Sequence record: SRR20825010_3076
Length of the DNA stretch: 62,781 nucleotides
Strand: one strand, 5' to 3'
Part shown: one piece after another, positions 48,656 through 57,926 of the stretch
Layout: each line of letters starts with the position of its first letter
Numbering within the stretch: position 1 is the stretch's first letter
Program-made: the position numbers and the translations under genes
The notes under the pieces: model-generated
Databases searched by the model: none
What the model was told of the DNA's origin: nothing
Seen by the model: the letters and a program-made list of their open reading frames with translations, nothing else

Positions 48656-49425
48656 TACTGGCCGCAGGGCAGGGCACCCGACTTCGCCCCTACACCAACG
48701 ACCGCCCCAAATGCATGGTGGCGCTGGCGGGCAAGCCTCTGCTTCATCGTCAGATGGCGGCGATGGCAGCTTGCGGAGTGAGCAATGGCATTACCGTCAT
48801 CGGCGGCTATCGGTCGGATGACCTGGACACTCTAGGCGGTGATCTCGTCCTCAATCCCGAGTACGCAACCACCAACATGGTCCGCACGCTCTTTTGCGCG
48901 CGCGAGAAGATGAAGCCCGGCGAGGATCTGCTGATCAGTTACGGGGATATCGTCTATGAGCCTACGGTTCTGAAAATCGTTCTGGACTGCGATGCGCCGG
49001 TTTGTCTGGCTGCGGACCGTAAGTGGAAGCGCCTGTGGCAATTAAGAATGGAGGAGCCGTTGGATGACGCGGAAACCTTCGTTATGAACGAATCCGGTTT
49101 TGTGACTGAGCTTGGCAAGAAGCCCAGTGATTACAGCCAGGTCCAGGCTCAATACATGGGGCTGATCAAGATCCGGGGCGATCAGGTGCAGGCGTTTCTC
49201 GATGTTTTCGATAGACTGGACCGTAGCGCCACCTACGATGGCAAGGACTTCGATAACATGTACATGACGAGCTTTATCCAGCACCTGATTGACACCGGCT
49301 GGCCGGTGAAGGCCTGCCTGGTGGACAACGGTTGGCTGGAAGTGGATACCGCGGATGAGCTGGAAGCCTATTCCTCGATGGCGGAAAAAGGTGAGTTGGC
49401 ATCCTACTGCGCGTTATCGAACTGA
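48643..49425 (+). CDS. LicC-family cytidylyltransferase, CTP:phosphoglutamine cytidylyltransferase-like (Cj1416-type)
   Basis: LILAAGQGTRL.P.T.DRPKCMV, NPEY..TNMV.TL, YGDIVY, QYMGL, WLEVDT. Confidence 0.82.
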   Translation: MQTLILAAGQGTRLRPYTNDRPKCMVALAGKPLLHRQMAAMAACGVSNGITVIGGYRSDDLDTLGGDLVLNPEYATTNMVRTLFCAREKMKPGEDLLISYGDIVYEPTVLKIVLDCDAPVCLAADRKWKRLWQLRMEEPLDDAETFVMNESGFVTELGKKPSDYSQVQAQYMGLIKIRGDQVQAFLDVFDRLDRSATYDGKDFDNMYMTSFIQHLIDTGWPVKACLVDNGWLEVDTADELEAYSSMAEKGELASYCALSN

Positions 49426-50336
49426 GTTCTCAGGTCATATAGTCGGTCGACAAGGGGCTGGTGATCCTTGAGCATGCCGCGGATTTGGTCCGTGTCTCCG
49501 ATGCCGACATTGCGGATGGAGTAGGAAGGATTGAACGGCGCTGACGGCAGTTGCGCTTCCGGGAAATCCAGGAAGTCACAGACTCTCCGGGCTTCCGTTT
49601 TGTGGTCTTTCACGAAGCGTTCAAAGCTCACTGCAAGCATATAACTTTCGCCCAACTGCGCCTGAAGCGCCATCAGGCTTTCCATTTTTGCGGCGATGCC
49701 TTTGAGCACATAGGCAATGTCGTCGTTCTCGCTATCATTGAACGCGGGGTCGGATTTACGCTTGCCGATCTTGCCCTGGCGGACGACTTCGGCAAACTGG
49801 TCCACTGGATCTCGGTGAACCACGATCAGTTTGAAGGGGGTAAAGACAGCGGGCCAGGTCCCTTCGTGTTTGCCGACCCAGATCGGCTGGTTCCAGACGA
49901 TGGCCTTTTCCCTAGCAGCGTACGCCTGGCCGACGGCGTGCATCCAATCGTTCCATATCCGGCTATCCGAGGGCGCACCGCCTTTGGCTAAATGTTTCCG
50001 ATAGCGGCCAAGGTATTCAAGCTTCAACTGGTTGTGTCTCACCTGCTCCTTTGGAGCAAGCTTGGCCTGGTCTGCGCCTCGCGCTTTTTTAAGCTGTGCT
50101 GCAGGCAGTTTGCCCATGGCGGTTTCGAACCACATCATCCTGGCAAGCCATTTTGCCTTGAAGGGTGAGTCCGCCTCCAGAAGGCTGCCGATTCGTCCAC
50201 TCCGTTTGAAGTCGGTAAATTCACCCCGGGGCACGACGCAGTCCGGGTGTCCCTTGAGGTAATCCACTACAGCACCGGAACCGGACCAATAAATGCCCGC
50301 TACCAGAATATTGAGAGGTTGGGCGTGCTCAGTCAT
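49404..50336 (-). CDS. Sulfotransferase-fold (P-loop-like) protein
   Basis: N-terminal VAGIYWSGSGAV.D.L loop, IVVHRDP.D, V.FE.FV.D......VCDFL. Confidence 0.65.
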   Translation of the reverse strand: MTEHAQPLNILVAGIYWSGSGAVVDYLKGHPDCVVPRGEFTDFKRSGRIGSLLEADSPFKAKWLARMMWFETAMGKLPAAQLKKARGADQAKLAPKEQVRHNQLKLEYLGRYRKHLAKGGAPSDSRIWNDWMHAVGQAYAAREKAIVWNQPIWVGKHEGTWPAVFTPFKLIVVHRDPVDQFAEVVRQGKIGKRKSDPAFNDSENDDIAYVLKGIAAKMESLMALQAQLGESYMLAVSFERFVKDHKTEARRVCDFLDFPEAQLPSAPFNPSYSIRNVGIGDTDQIRGMLKDHQPLVDRLYDLRTQFDNAQ

Positions 50337-51510
50337 GTTGGCTTTGCTTTTCCGGGGATTCGAGAAAGTCGCTCACCACCACCCGGCTGCGGAAAGGCGC
50401 AAGCCACTCCGGTTTCACGGTGACCGGTAGGCGGTTAACCACGGTTGCGAGCCCGCTTGCCAGACCATCCACGGTGCGTGGCGTCAGGAAATCCTCCAAT
50501 TCGCCACGGAACACATCCCGTACGCCACCGCGGCTCTCTACAGCCATGATCGGCGTGTTGCAGGCCAGGGCCTCGGTCAATACGATGCCCAGGCCCTCAT
50601 ATTCTGAGGCCAGCACAAACAGTTCCGCCTGCTTCATCCAGGGGTAGGGGTTTCTGCGTTTGCCCGCGAAGAAGACGCGGTCAGCGATGCCTAGGGCCTT
50701 CGCTTTCTCCTCCAAATCGTTTTTCAACGGACCCTCGCCTACAATGACCAGCTTGTGAGCGATTCCTGATTGCTTGTAGGCTTCCAGCAGCAAGGCGTGG
50801 CCTTTCTGAGGCACGAGCCGAGCGACATTGAGGATATAGGGCTCCGCTGGAATGTCCGGGTCGGCCTCTTGCGCCAACGCGTTAATCTGCTCCACCGGGC
50901 AGGGGTTGGTGATCACCCGCTGGCTTTTCGGTTCAATCTCCCCCTTTTTGAACGCCTCCTGAGCGGAGTCCAGCACACCAGAGGAAACGCAAGCCAGGTG
51001 TCGGTTATTGAAGACCAGTTGCCATTCCAGCTTTTTCTGCCACAGAGGGCGATCATAATGAATAACGTTTTCGAGCACGTACACATTGCGGTCATCCCGG
51101 AACGACCAGAAATACTTGAAGGTACCCAGGCCTCGGAAAACAATGCGGTCGAAACGCCCGAAGCGCTTTTCCAGGCCGCGAATGTGTCTCTTCAGCAGCC
51201 ACCCGCTTAGCCAGCCAACCCACATAAAGTGGGATTTCGGCAACAGTACACCCAGTAGAAGGCGGGATAACAGGAAAACTGGAATACCGATAACCGATTT
51301 CATCAACGCCTGGAACTGATCGAAGTGATGCAGGTGAACGGCAGAATTGGCAGGGCTGAGATCATTGGGGCGATTGCGGCAGGACAGCAGGTGACTCTCG
51401 TGGCCCTCGTCCGCAAAGGCATCCGCCAGGTTAACGGCCACCCGTTCCATGCCGCCCATTTTCAGGCTGTGGATCACAACCAGGGTTCTCATGCTTCCTT
51501 GCTCGGTCAT
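50329..51510 (-). CDS. Glycosyltransferase family 4
   Basis: GGMERV, VARL..QKG, NPYPWM, S.YEGLG.VL.EALA. Confidence 0.92.
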   Translation of the reverse strand: MTEQGSMRTLVVIHSLKMGGMERVAVNLADAFADEGHESHLLSCRNRPNDLSPANSAVHLHHFDQFQALMKSVIGIPVFLLSRLLLGVLLPKSHFMWVGWLSGWLLKRHIRGLEKRFGRFDRIVFRGLGTFKYFWSFRDDRNVYVLENVIHYDRPLWQKKLEWQLVFNNRHLACVSSGVLDSAQEAFKKGEIEPKSQRVITNPCPVEQINALAQEADPDIPAEPYILNVARLVPQKGHALLLEAYKQSGIAHKLVIVGEGPLKNDLEEKAKALGIADRVFFAGKRRNPYPWMKQAELFVLASEYEGLGIVLTEALACNTPIMAVESRGGVRDVFRGELEDFLTPRTVDGLASGLATVVNRLPVTVKPEWLAPFRSRVVVSDFLESPEKQSQHD

Positions 51511-52337
51511 GCAGTGCGGCTCTTCTCAATGCCGTTTTCGGCCCAGAAGGTGCGGTTGTCCTTAACGGCCTTGCGGATAGCCCGGTTCTTTGCCCAGATT
51601 TCCGGCTTGGAGTAACCGCGGGCATGGTCCAGATGCAGGCACACGGTGCTGTAGCGAATCTGCCGGGATTTGTGACCAAAGTTCCAGAGGCGCTCGCCAA
51701 GTTCGCGGTCCAGGCCACCGTATTGCATGTCTTCGTTGAAGCCATTAACGGCAATCAGGTCTTTGGTCCAGGTGGAGCTGTTCATGCCATTCCAACTGGC
51801 GGCTGCCGGCGTGATGGCATTCAGGAATGTCTTCTTCAGGGATGAGCTGGACAGCTTCCAGAGCTTGTGGTTCTTCGGTTGGCCCTTACTGACCAGCCAC
51901 TGGGGGTCAAAGATGACACCGCTGCGGATATCGTCGTCGGAAATCGCTTCTGAAACCGGCATGGTGAGTTTGATGTATCCGCCGGACAGGAAAACTCCTG
52001 GTTCGGCCAGCCGTTGATGGGTGGCGATGAAGTCCGGTTCCGGGATGCAGTCGCCGTCCGTGAAGATCAGATAGTCGCAGTCGGTTTCCCGGATGGCCTT
52101 GTTGAGGATCTGGCACTTGCGAAAGCCGTCGTCCTCGTGCCACACGTGGTCGATCTGCAGGATACCGCGCTCGCGGAACCGGTCGATGAGGTCGCGGGTC
52201 TCGTTGGTTGACCCGTCATCAGCAATGATCACCCGAAAGTCCGGCTGGCTCTGGTTTTCATAGCCCGTCAGAACCTTGCTCAGCCATAGTGGGGAATTGT
52301 AGGTAGTGATGACTACGCCAATGCGTTCTGGTGACAT
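51507..52337 (-). CDS. Glycosyltransferase family 2
   Basis: VITTYN, IADDGS, WHED.GFRK, FTDGDC, VNGFNE...GG.D. Confidence 0.92.
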   Translation of the reverse strand: MSPERIGVVITTYNSPLWLSKVLTGYENQSQPDFRVIIADDGSTNETRDLIDRFRERGILQIDHVWHEDDGFRKCQILNKAIRETDCDYLIFTDGDCIPEPDFIATHQRLAEPGVFLSGGYIKLTMPVSEAISDDDIRSGVIFDPQWLVSKGQPKNHKLWKLSSSSLKKTFLNAITPAAASWNGMNSSTWTKDLIAVNGFNEDMQYGGLDRELGERLWNFGHKSRQIRYSTVCLHLDHARGYSKPEIWAKNRAIRKAVKDNRTFWAENGIEKSRTA

Positions 52338-52448
52338 GGATCCGGCCCGGCCTTTATTCAGGTAAAACAAGACAGTCTTGGAGACTGCTTCGGTACGCGG
52401 ATTATACAGTTTTAGTACTCCGCGGGCACCGGCTGTGTGAGGGGGGAA

Positions 52449-53357
52449 TTACTTACACACTCTACCGGGCCGGTAAGGGTGGGGGAGGCCGGGTGGTCGA
52501 TGGCGAAAGCGTTTGTATTCCCACTGGTATTGTTCCGGCACTTCCCGTACCACATCTTCAATGGATTTGTTCAGGGCAGTTGTGGCGGTCACCGGGTCCG
52601 GGTCGGCAATGCCAGGCTCGCACTCGCGAATCACCAGCCGGAAACCTTCGCCGTCTTTCAGGCGTTCGGAGTAGGTGACCAGGGGTTTGGCGCCGGACTT
52701 CTGCAACAACTTCGAGACCAGGGTCATGGTGCGCACTTCCATGCCGAAGAAGGGGGCATACGCGTTGCCTTTGCCCCTTGGACTCTGGTCCGGGAGGATA
52801 CCGGCGACCTCGCCTTCTCGCAGCAGGGTGATCAGTCTTGCCAGCCCGCGACGGTCACCTCGAACCAGCTCCGAGCCCATGCGCCCGCGAACCTGGATCA
52901 TGTAATCCTCGAATTCCCGGATATGGGGCGGGCTGTAGAGGGCTGCCATGCGGTACCGTGAGGAAAAGTAAAGCCCGGTGAGCTCCCAGTTGCCGAGATG
53001 CGGTGCCAGCAGCAACAGCCCCCGGCCGTCCTTTTTTGCCTCTGCGAGCAGTTCTTCGCCTTCGATCTCGCGGATCAAGCCCAGGCAGCGTTCCACTGGC
53101 CACTCCCACATCAGGGGGATTTCCATCATGGTCTGGCCGGTGTGCCGCAGGCTGGAACGTACCATTCGATCATGCTGGTCGTCCGTCAGCTCCGGCAGGC
53201 AGATTTTCAGGTTGATGTCGGTAACCGTGCGGTACTGGGATCTGGACATCCAGCTGATCATGCCAAGGAAGCGCCCGATAAGCTGGGCGCCACGCAGAGG
53301 GAGTTTACCGGCAAGCCGGAGAGCGGTAATCAGAAACGTTGCTTTGGAAAACGCCAT
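52449..53357 (-). CDS. Lipid A late acyltransferase family protein (HtrB/LpxL-like)
   Basis: PHLGNWE, LPDQ, APFFG, PEQYQW.YKRF. Confidence 0.88.
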   Translation of the reverse strand: MAFSKATFLITALRLAGKLPLRGAQLIGRFLGMISWMSRSQYRTVTDINLKICLPELTDDQHDRMVRSSLRHTGQTMMEIPLMWEWPVERCLGLIREIEGEELLAEAKKDGRGLLLLAPHLGNWELTGLYFSSRYRMAALYSPPHIREFEDYMIQVRGRMGSELVRGDRRGLARLITLLREGEVAGILPDQSPRGKGNAYAPFFGMEVRTMTLVSKLLQKSGAKPLVTYSERLKDGEGFRLVIRECEPGIADPDPVTATTALNKSIEDVVREVPEQYQWEYKRFRHRPPGLPHPYRPGRVCK

Positions 53358-53448
53358 AATCCAGAGGACTATCAACAGGAAACAGGATGAGCGGAAGCTA
53401 CCACCATCCGGCGTGGGCGGCAAGGTTGATGAATGTCACCGCTGGCCA

Positions 53449-54117
53449 TTACAGCCTCTGTGAGGCTTCCCAGCTGGTGCTTCGGTCGCCGGTTTCCCAG
53501 CCAATTCTCAGGTAAAAGCGCCGGATACGGCGGCTAATGTATCGCTTTCGCCAAGCGGAGAGGGTGGCCAATTTGTCGGGGATGGTGGGGGCGCCGAGCC
53601 CGTCAACCAGAAACAGCTCCGGTTGTCCGCCCCTGTCGGCGATCACCAAGTTGTGGGGCAGCAGGTTCCGGGTGAGGATTCCGGTTTCGAGTAACCAGTT
53701 GCAGAAGCGGTCTGCAGCGTCCCGAATCGGTTGATCAAACCCCCGGTGTTTCAGGTAGTGTTCGAGCGTTTCGCCCGGTAGGCCGTGGTCATCGAAGAGG
53801 AGCTCACTCATGTTTGCCAGGCCGAGCGAGGTTTCCACCGCGCCATGAAATTGCGGCAGGTGCGCCCAGACCAGTTCGTCGTGGCCATCGTTGATCAGCG
53901 CCCGGATGGCTTGCTGTTGATGCGCCCGGAGTTCCTGGCGGTTGTCATCAATCCTCGCTCTGCCGAGCATTTTCTTTGGCCAGGACTGGCGCTGGAAACG
54001 CACTTCGATGTTTTCAGGCCGCAGTACTTTGAGACACAATGCCGGATCATCCGGATGCCGGTAGCAGTGTCGGTTGTAGCCAGAGGCGAATGGCTCAATG
54101 CCTGACAGGTCAATCAT
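53449..54117 (-). CDS. YrbL-family kinase-like protein
   Basis: PFASG..R.CY.HP....CLKV, G.VET.LG, LVDGLG. Confidence 0.78.
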   Translation of the reverse strand: MIDLSGIEPFASGYNRHCYRHPDDPALCLKVLRPENIEVRFQRQSWPKKMLGRARIDDNRQELRAHQQQAIRALINDGHDELVWAHLPQFHGAVETSLGLANMSELLFDDHGLPGETLEHYLKHRGFDQPIRDAADRFCNWLLETGILTRNLLPHNLVIADRGGQPELFLVDGLGAPTIPDKLATLSAWRKRYISRRIRRFYLRIGWETGDRSTSWEASQRL

Positions 54118-54177
54118 GGATCGTATCCGAATCTCGTTTTATTGCCTTGTGTAACGGAAGCCTCGGGAAGCCACGTT

Positions 54178-54888
54178 ATGAACGGTTGTATTGCCTACGG
54201 TGATTGTAATACCGAGGGCCTGAAAGACTATCATGAACCGGTCTGGCCGCAGATCGTTGCGAAGCAATTGGGCCTTTCGCTCACCAATTGTGGTCATACC
54301 ATGAGCACAACCCGTGAGCTGCTTCAGTATGCTGAGGCCTTCCCGCCCAGGAATTATCAATTGGTGTTTATTCAGTATGGGCTCGTTGATTCCTGGCTCA
54401 CCTTTCGTGGTGCGCCCTACGTGCTTTATTACCCGGACAGCCCCCGCAGGAAGCTTGCCCGAAAGCTCGTCAAAAAGCTGAAGAAATGGGCCCGGCGTCT
54501 CCACCTGCAGGATCGTTGGGGCGCGGTGGAGCAGGTGCCGCTGGACGAGTATCTGGGCAATATTGAGCGTGTGTTGCGCTCGGCCCCCGACACCCTGTTC
54601 GCGTTGGTGTCCACGCCGCCGAACCTCGACGAACCCCGGAACCCGCGCATTGAGCGCTACAATGAGGGCCTGCGAGAGTTAGCCGAACGTGAGCCAAATG
54701 CGTTTCTTGCTGATGCCTACCGCCCATTATGGCAGCAGAAAGCCGAGTCCTTGATGGCAGATGGAACTCACCTTACCGAAACAGGGCATCGACTCCTGGC
54801 GGATACGGTGATTAGTGCGCTGTCGACATACTGGTCAACAGGTCCCGATAGAAAGCCTCCGTCTTCGATACCATCGCCTCAAGGCTGA
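54178..54888 (+). CDS. SGNH/GDSL-fold protein with Cys at the nucleophile position
   Basis: Block I YGDCNT, block III QYGLVD, YN, block V DGTHL...GH..LA. Confidence 0.75.
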   Translation: MNGCIAYGDCNTEGLKDYHEPVWPQIVAKQLGLSLTNCGHTMSTTRELLQYAEAFPPRNYQLVFIQYGLVDSWLTFRGAPYVLYYPDSPRRKLARKLVKKLKKWARRLHLQDRWGAVEQVPLDEYLGNIERVLRSAPDTLFALVSTPPNLDEPRNPRIERYNEGLRELAEREPNAFLADAYRPLWQQKAESLMADGTHLTETGHRLLADTVISALSTYWSTGPDRKPPSSIPSPQG

Positions 54889-55870
54889 GTTGCTCCCGGG
54901 CCCACAGGAAACTGCTGTTTTGGGAATCCCTCATAACCATCGGGTTGCGGAGATTGGTGCGAACCAGTGTGGCGATATCCTCAACGCGGTCAGACGCGGC
55001 AATACTCTGTTCAGGCAGGAATTCCCCCACTCCGCTGACTGGCGTTGACAGTACCGGGCAACCCGCCATCAGCGCTTCCACCATGATATAAGGAAAACCT
55101 TCGCGGCTGGAGCTGATGATGCAGGCGGTGGCGGCCTGGAGCCAGGGCTTCATATGGAGCTCATGGCCTGGAAGCAGTACGTGGTCTGAGACGTCCAGCT
55201 CCTGAATCAGGGTACCTAGTTGAGCACGCTGGCTACCATCACCCAGGATAACCAGACTGCCACCGCAGTCGGCCCTGGCCCAGGCGCGAATCAGCCGGTC
55301 GAACTGTTTGACTGGTTCCAGACGGCCTGCGGCTAACAGGAGAGGGCGATCTGCAGGAATTTCGAAGGTCGGGGCCTCCATCTTTTCTTCGCCGGAGGTG
55401 TCCACAGGCGGTAAGCCATTGTGGATCAGCCGAGCATTGGCGTGGGCAATGGTGTCGGTAATATCACGGCTGACACCAATCACGCCATCTAGCCGCTCAA
55501 ATCCCTTATGGGAGCGCTTGGTGCCATGAAGCGTACCCACTGTTGCACTGTTCAGATGACGGACTGAACTGACCAGGTTAGCGGCCTTGTTGCCCTGGGC
55601 ATGAACGATATCCGGGTGGATGGAGCGAAGCTGTCGCCGCAGGCGGTAGTGCAGCCAGGGGTTGCGTCGGCCGAGCTGCACGGGCAGTGGATGGAAACAA
55701 ACCGGCGAGGCGAAGCGTTCGCTGTAGTGGCTGTGTGCCAGAACGTGAACGGTGTGGCCTCTTGTCGAGAGGGCGTTCGCGAGGTCGGCTGTGTGCGTTT
55801 CCATACCGCCCCAGCCTGTGCCGGGTGTGGCGATGATCAGCGCGATTGTCAGCGGGCCTTGCGCATTCAT
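54812..55870 (-). CDS. Glycosyltransferase family 4
   Basis: WGGME, AGRL..VK.FD.L, SS.REGFP...VEAL. Confidence 0.92.
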   Translation of the reverse strand: MNAQGPLTIALIIATPGTGWGGMETHTADLANALSTRGHTVHVLAHSHYSERFASPVCFHPLPVQLGRRNPWLHYRLRRQLRSIHPDIVHAQGNKAANLVSSVRHLNSATVGTLHGTKRSHKGFERLDGVIGVSRDITDTIAHANARLIHNGLPPVDTSGEEKMEAPTFEIPADRPLLLAAGRLEPVKQFDRLIRAWARADCGGSLVILGDGSQRAQLGTLIQELDVSDHVLLPGHELHMKPWLQAATACIISSSREGFPYIMVEALMAGCPVLSTPVSGVGEFLPEQSIAASDRVEDIATLVRTNLRNPMVMRDSQNSSFLWAREQLSLEAMVSKTEAFYRDLLTSMSTAH

Positions 55871-56982
55871 TGGTGCGCAGGCCTCCGCGCAAGAAGGTTC
55901 TCATAGACCTTCAGCGTAGTTTCGGTCTGTGCTTCCAGTTGGAATCGCCACGGTATCTCTATCTCAGGTCGGGGATTGTCGAGGAGGGCGAGCGCGGTCT
56001 GGGCAAACGCTTCTATATTGTCTGGCGGTACCAATCCGTCGGAGAAACAAGCGCGCAGTGTTTCGGCTGCGCCACCTCGGTCAAAGGCGGCCACCGGTGT
56101 GCCGGAGGCCAGGGCTTCGGTAACGGTGCGGCCGAAAGGTTCTGGTTTCGTGGACATGTGGCAGACCACGTCCGCCAGAAGGTAGAGGGTGGTCATATCG
56201 TTGCGCTGGCCGAGGAAACTCACCTTGTCGGTCAGGTTCAGGCGGGCACGTTCCTTTTCCAGCTCCTCCAGAAACTGCTCCTTGCCAGGTTCAGCGCCGC
56301 CGACAATGATGCCGTGGCAGTCCGGTCGTTTTTGCACCAGCTGCGCCATCATGGCCAGGAAGTCCAGTTGGCCTTTCCAGCGGGAAATGCGCCCGGGCAT
56401 CATGATGATCTTTTTCTGGGCCAATTGTGGGTACTGCCGGAACCAGCGGTCCAGCCATTGTGGGCTGAGCTCCCGTTGTCGAAAAGCACTCACGTCCACG
56501 CCCCGTTGGATGACGGTCAGTTTTTCTTCCGGCACCGGGTATTTGTTCAGCACATAATCCCGAACACAACCGGACACGGCGATGATGTGATCAGCCCGGG
56601 TCATGATGGCGCTGTAGGGGGTCACGGAATACATGCCATGAAAGGTTGAGACGACGGCCGGGCGCTGGTTGGCTGGAATGGTCTTCAGAGCCAGGAAGAT
56701 GATCCAGGCGGGCATACGGGAGCGGACATGTATGATGTCCGGTTTCAGCTCCAGAAGCAGCTTGCGCATGGGCAGGATTTGTCCGAATGACGCCGGGTTC
56801 TTCCGGTGTATTGGCATGAAAATGTGTTCCGAGCCTTGCCCACGAAGCTGCTCCGCCATGGGGCCGCCTTTCGAAACCACATAGGACTCGTGCCCACGTT
56901 TCACCAGGTCGGCGGCGAACTCCACGGTGCCTCGTTCCACCCCGCCACTGTATAGCGCGGGTAACGCCTGCAGAATCCTCAA
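55867..56982 (-). CDS. Glycosyltransferase family 4
   Basis: LP.L..GGVERGT, H.RSR.PAW, GRISRWKGQ, PEPFGR...EA. Confidence 0.92.
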   Translation of the reverse strand: MRILQALPALYSGGVERGTVEFAADLVKRGHESYVVSKGGPMAEQLRGQGSEHIFMPIHRKNPASFGQILPMRKLLLELKPDIIHVRSRMPAWIIFLALKTIPANQRPAVVSTFHGMYSVTPYSAIMTRADHIIAVSGCVRDYVLNKYPVPEEKLTVIQRGVDVSAFRQRELSPQWLDRWFRQYPQLAQKKIIMMPGRISRWKGQLDFLAMMAQLVQKRPDCHGIIVGGAEPGKEQFLEELEKERARLNLTDKVSFLGQRNDMTTLYLLADVVCHMSTKPEPFGRTVTEALASGTPVAAFDRGGAAETLRACFSDGLVPPDNIEAFAQTALALLDNPRPEIEIPWRFQLEAQTETTLKVYENLLARRPAHQ

Positions 56983-57926
56983 CGTTTGCCTCCCCTTAAA
57001 AAGTGTTCAATCAGCCACCTTGCGGCCCTATCAGCCTCCCAAAGCTCCTGCGATCCGCGCAATTTTCCAGCCATAACCGAGGCATGGTCACTCCAGTGCG
57101 CAACGTACCCTTTCTCTACCAGGCTGGCCATGCCCCGGGCGACCCGGCTGTTATTCTTGGGCGCGAGCTCAAACAGACCCGTAGGCACGCCGGAGGTGGC
57201 AGCTTCGCAGGCCATGGAGGCGCTGTCTGGTGTGACCCACACCGCGCGGGAGGCGGCGAGTTGGTGGGGAAGCCAGCTGGCGTGCGTTCGCTTGGAATCC
57301 ACGACCGTGACCTTCGGGCCTGCCAGGTCGTTCAGTTGCATCAACAGGTTTTCGGGCGTACGGCGAGAGCCGCTGATCGTCCAGCGCCATTCCGGGTAGC
57401 GACCCATTAGCTGGGATAACTGTCCGAGAATAACGTCGTCATCCCAGTCGAAATGGGGTGAGGGGCCGCCTACGAGAACAAGGCCTTCGGGTTTGTCGGT
57501 AATTCTGGCCAGGGGCGTGATTGCGTTTATGACACCTTCGGTGGCAAGGACATGTCTGGCTGGGGGGACCTTATCGTGTTCTGGAATGATGGCCGCATCG
57601 ACCCAGCTGAGAGGGAAGCCCGGTTTCATTAAAACCACGGTTTTTACCTTTCGGAGCCGCCGCAGGGATAACAACAGGCGATGAGTACCGCTGCCGGCTG
57701 CGATAATCAGGTTTGGTCTTCCCAGGGCTTTATCCATGGCCGGCGCAACGCCAAGCAGCGCCCGCCACAAGGGCGGGGGCGCTTCGGTCGCATCAATTTC
57801 ACTCACGCTGGCGCCAGCCAGCACCCGAAGCCGGTTGCCCAACCCTTTCAGCTGGTTGTGATGGCCAGGCTTATTATCGGTCAGTAGCCAGACAACCGGG
57901 GCGGGTGAACCCGTGTGGGAGCGCAT
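56979..57926 (-). CDS. ELM1/GtrOC1-family putative glycosyltransferase
   Basis: D.KPGH.NQ..GL, PEHD, L.GGPS, SRRTP, VT.DS.SM..EA. Confidence 0.8.
   Translation of the reverse strand: MRSHTGSPAPVVWLLTDNKPGHHNQLKGLGNRLRVLAGASVSEIDATEAPPPLWRALLGVAPAMDKALGRPNLIIAAGSGTHRLLLSLRRLRKVKTVVLMKPGFPLSWVDAAIIPEHDKVPPARHVLATEGVINAITPLARITDKPEGLVLVGGPSPHFDWDDDVILGQLSQLMGRYPEWRWTISGSRRTPENLLMQLNDLAGPKVTVVDSKRTHASWLPHQLAASRAVWVTPDSASMACEAATSGVPTGLFELAPKNNSRVARGMASLVEKGYVAHWSDHASVMAGKLRGSQELWEADRAARWLIEHFLRGGKR

Noticed and set aside
21318-49425. Functional link between the glutamine genes (glnA, glnE, ntrBC) and the glutamine-consuming phosphoramidate cassette
   Set aside because: glnE-ilvE next to LPS core genes is ordinary synteny in related Gammaproteobacteria, and I saw no NtrC or sigma54 site upstream of the cassette.
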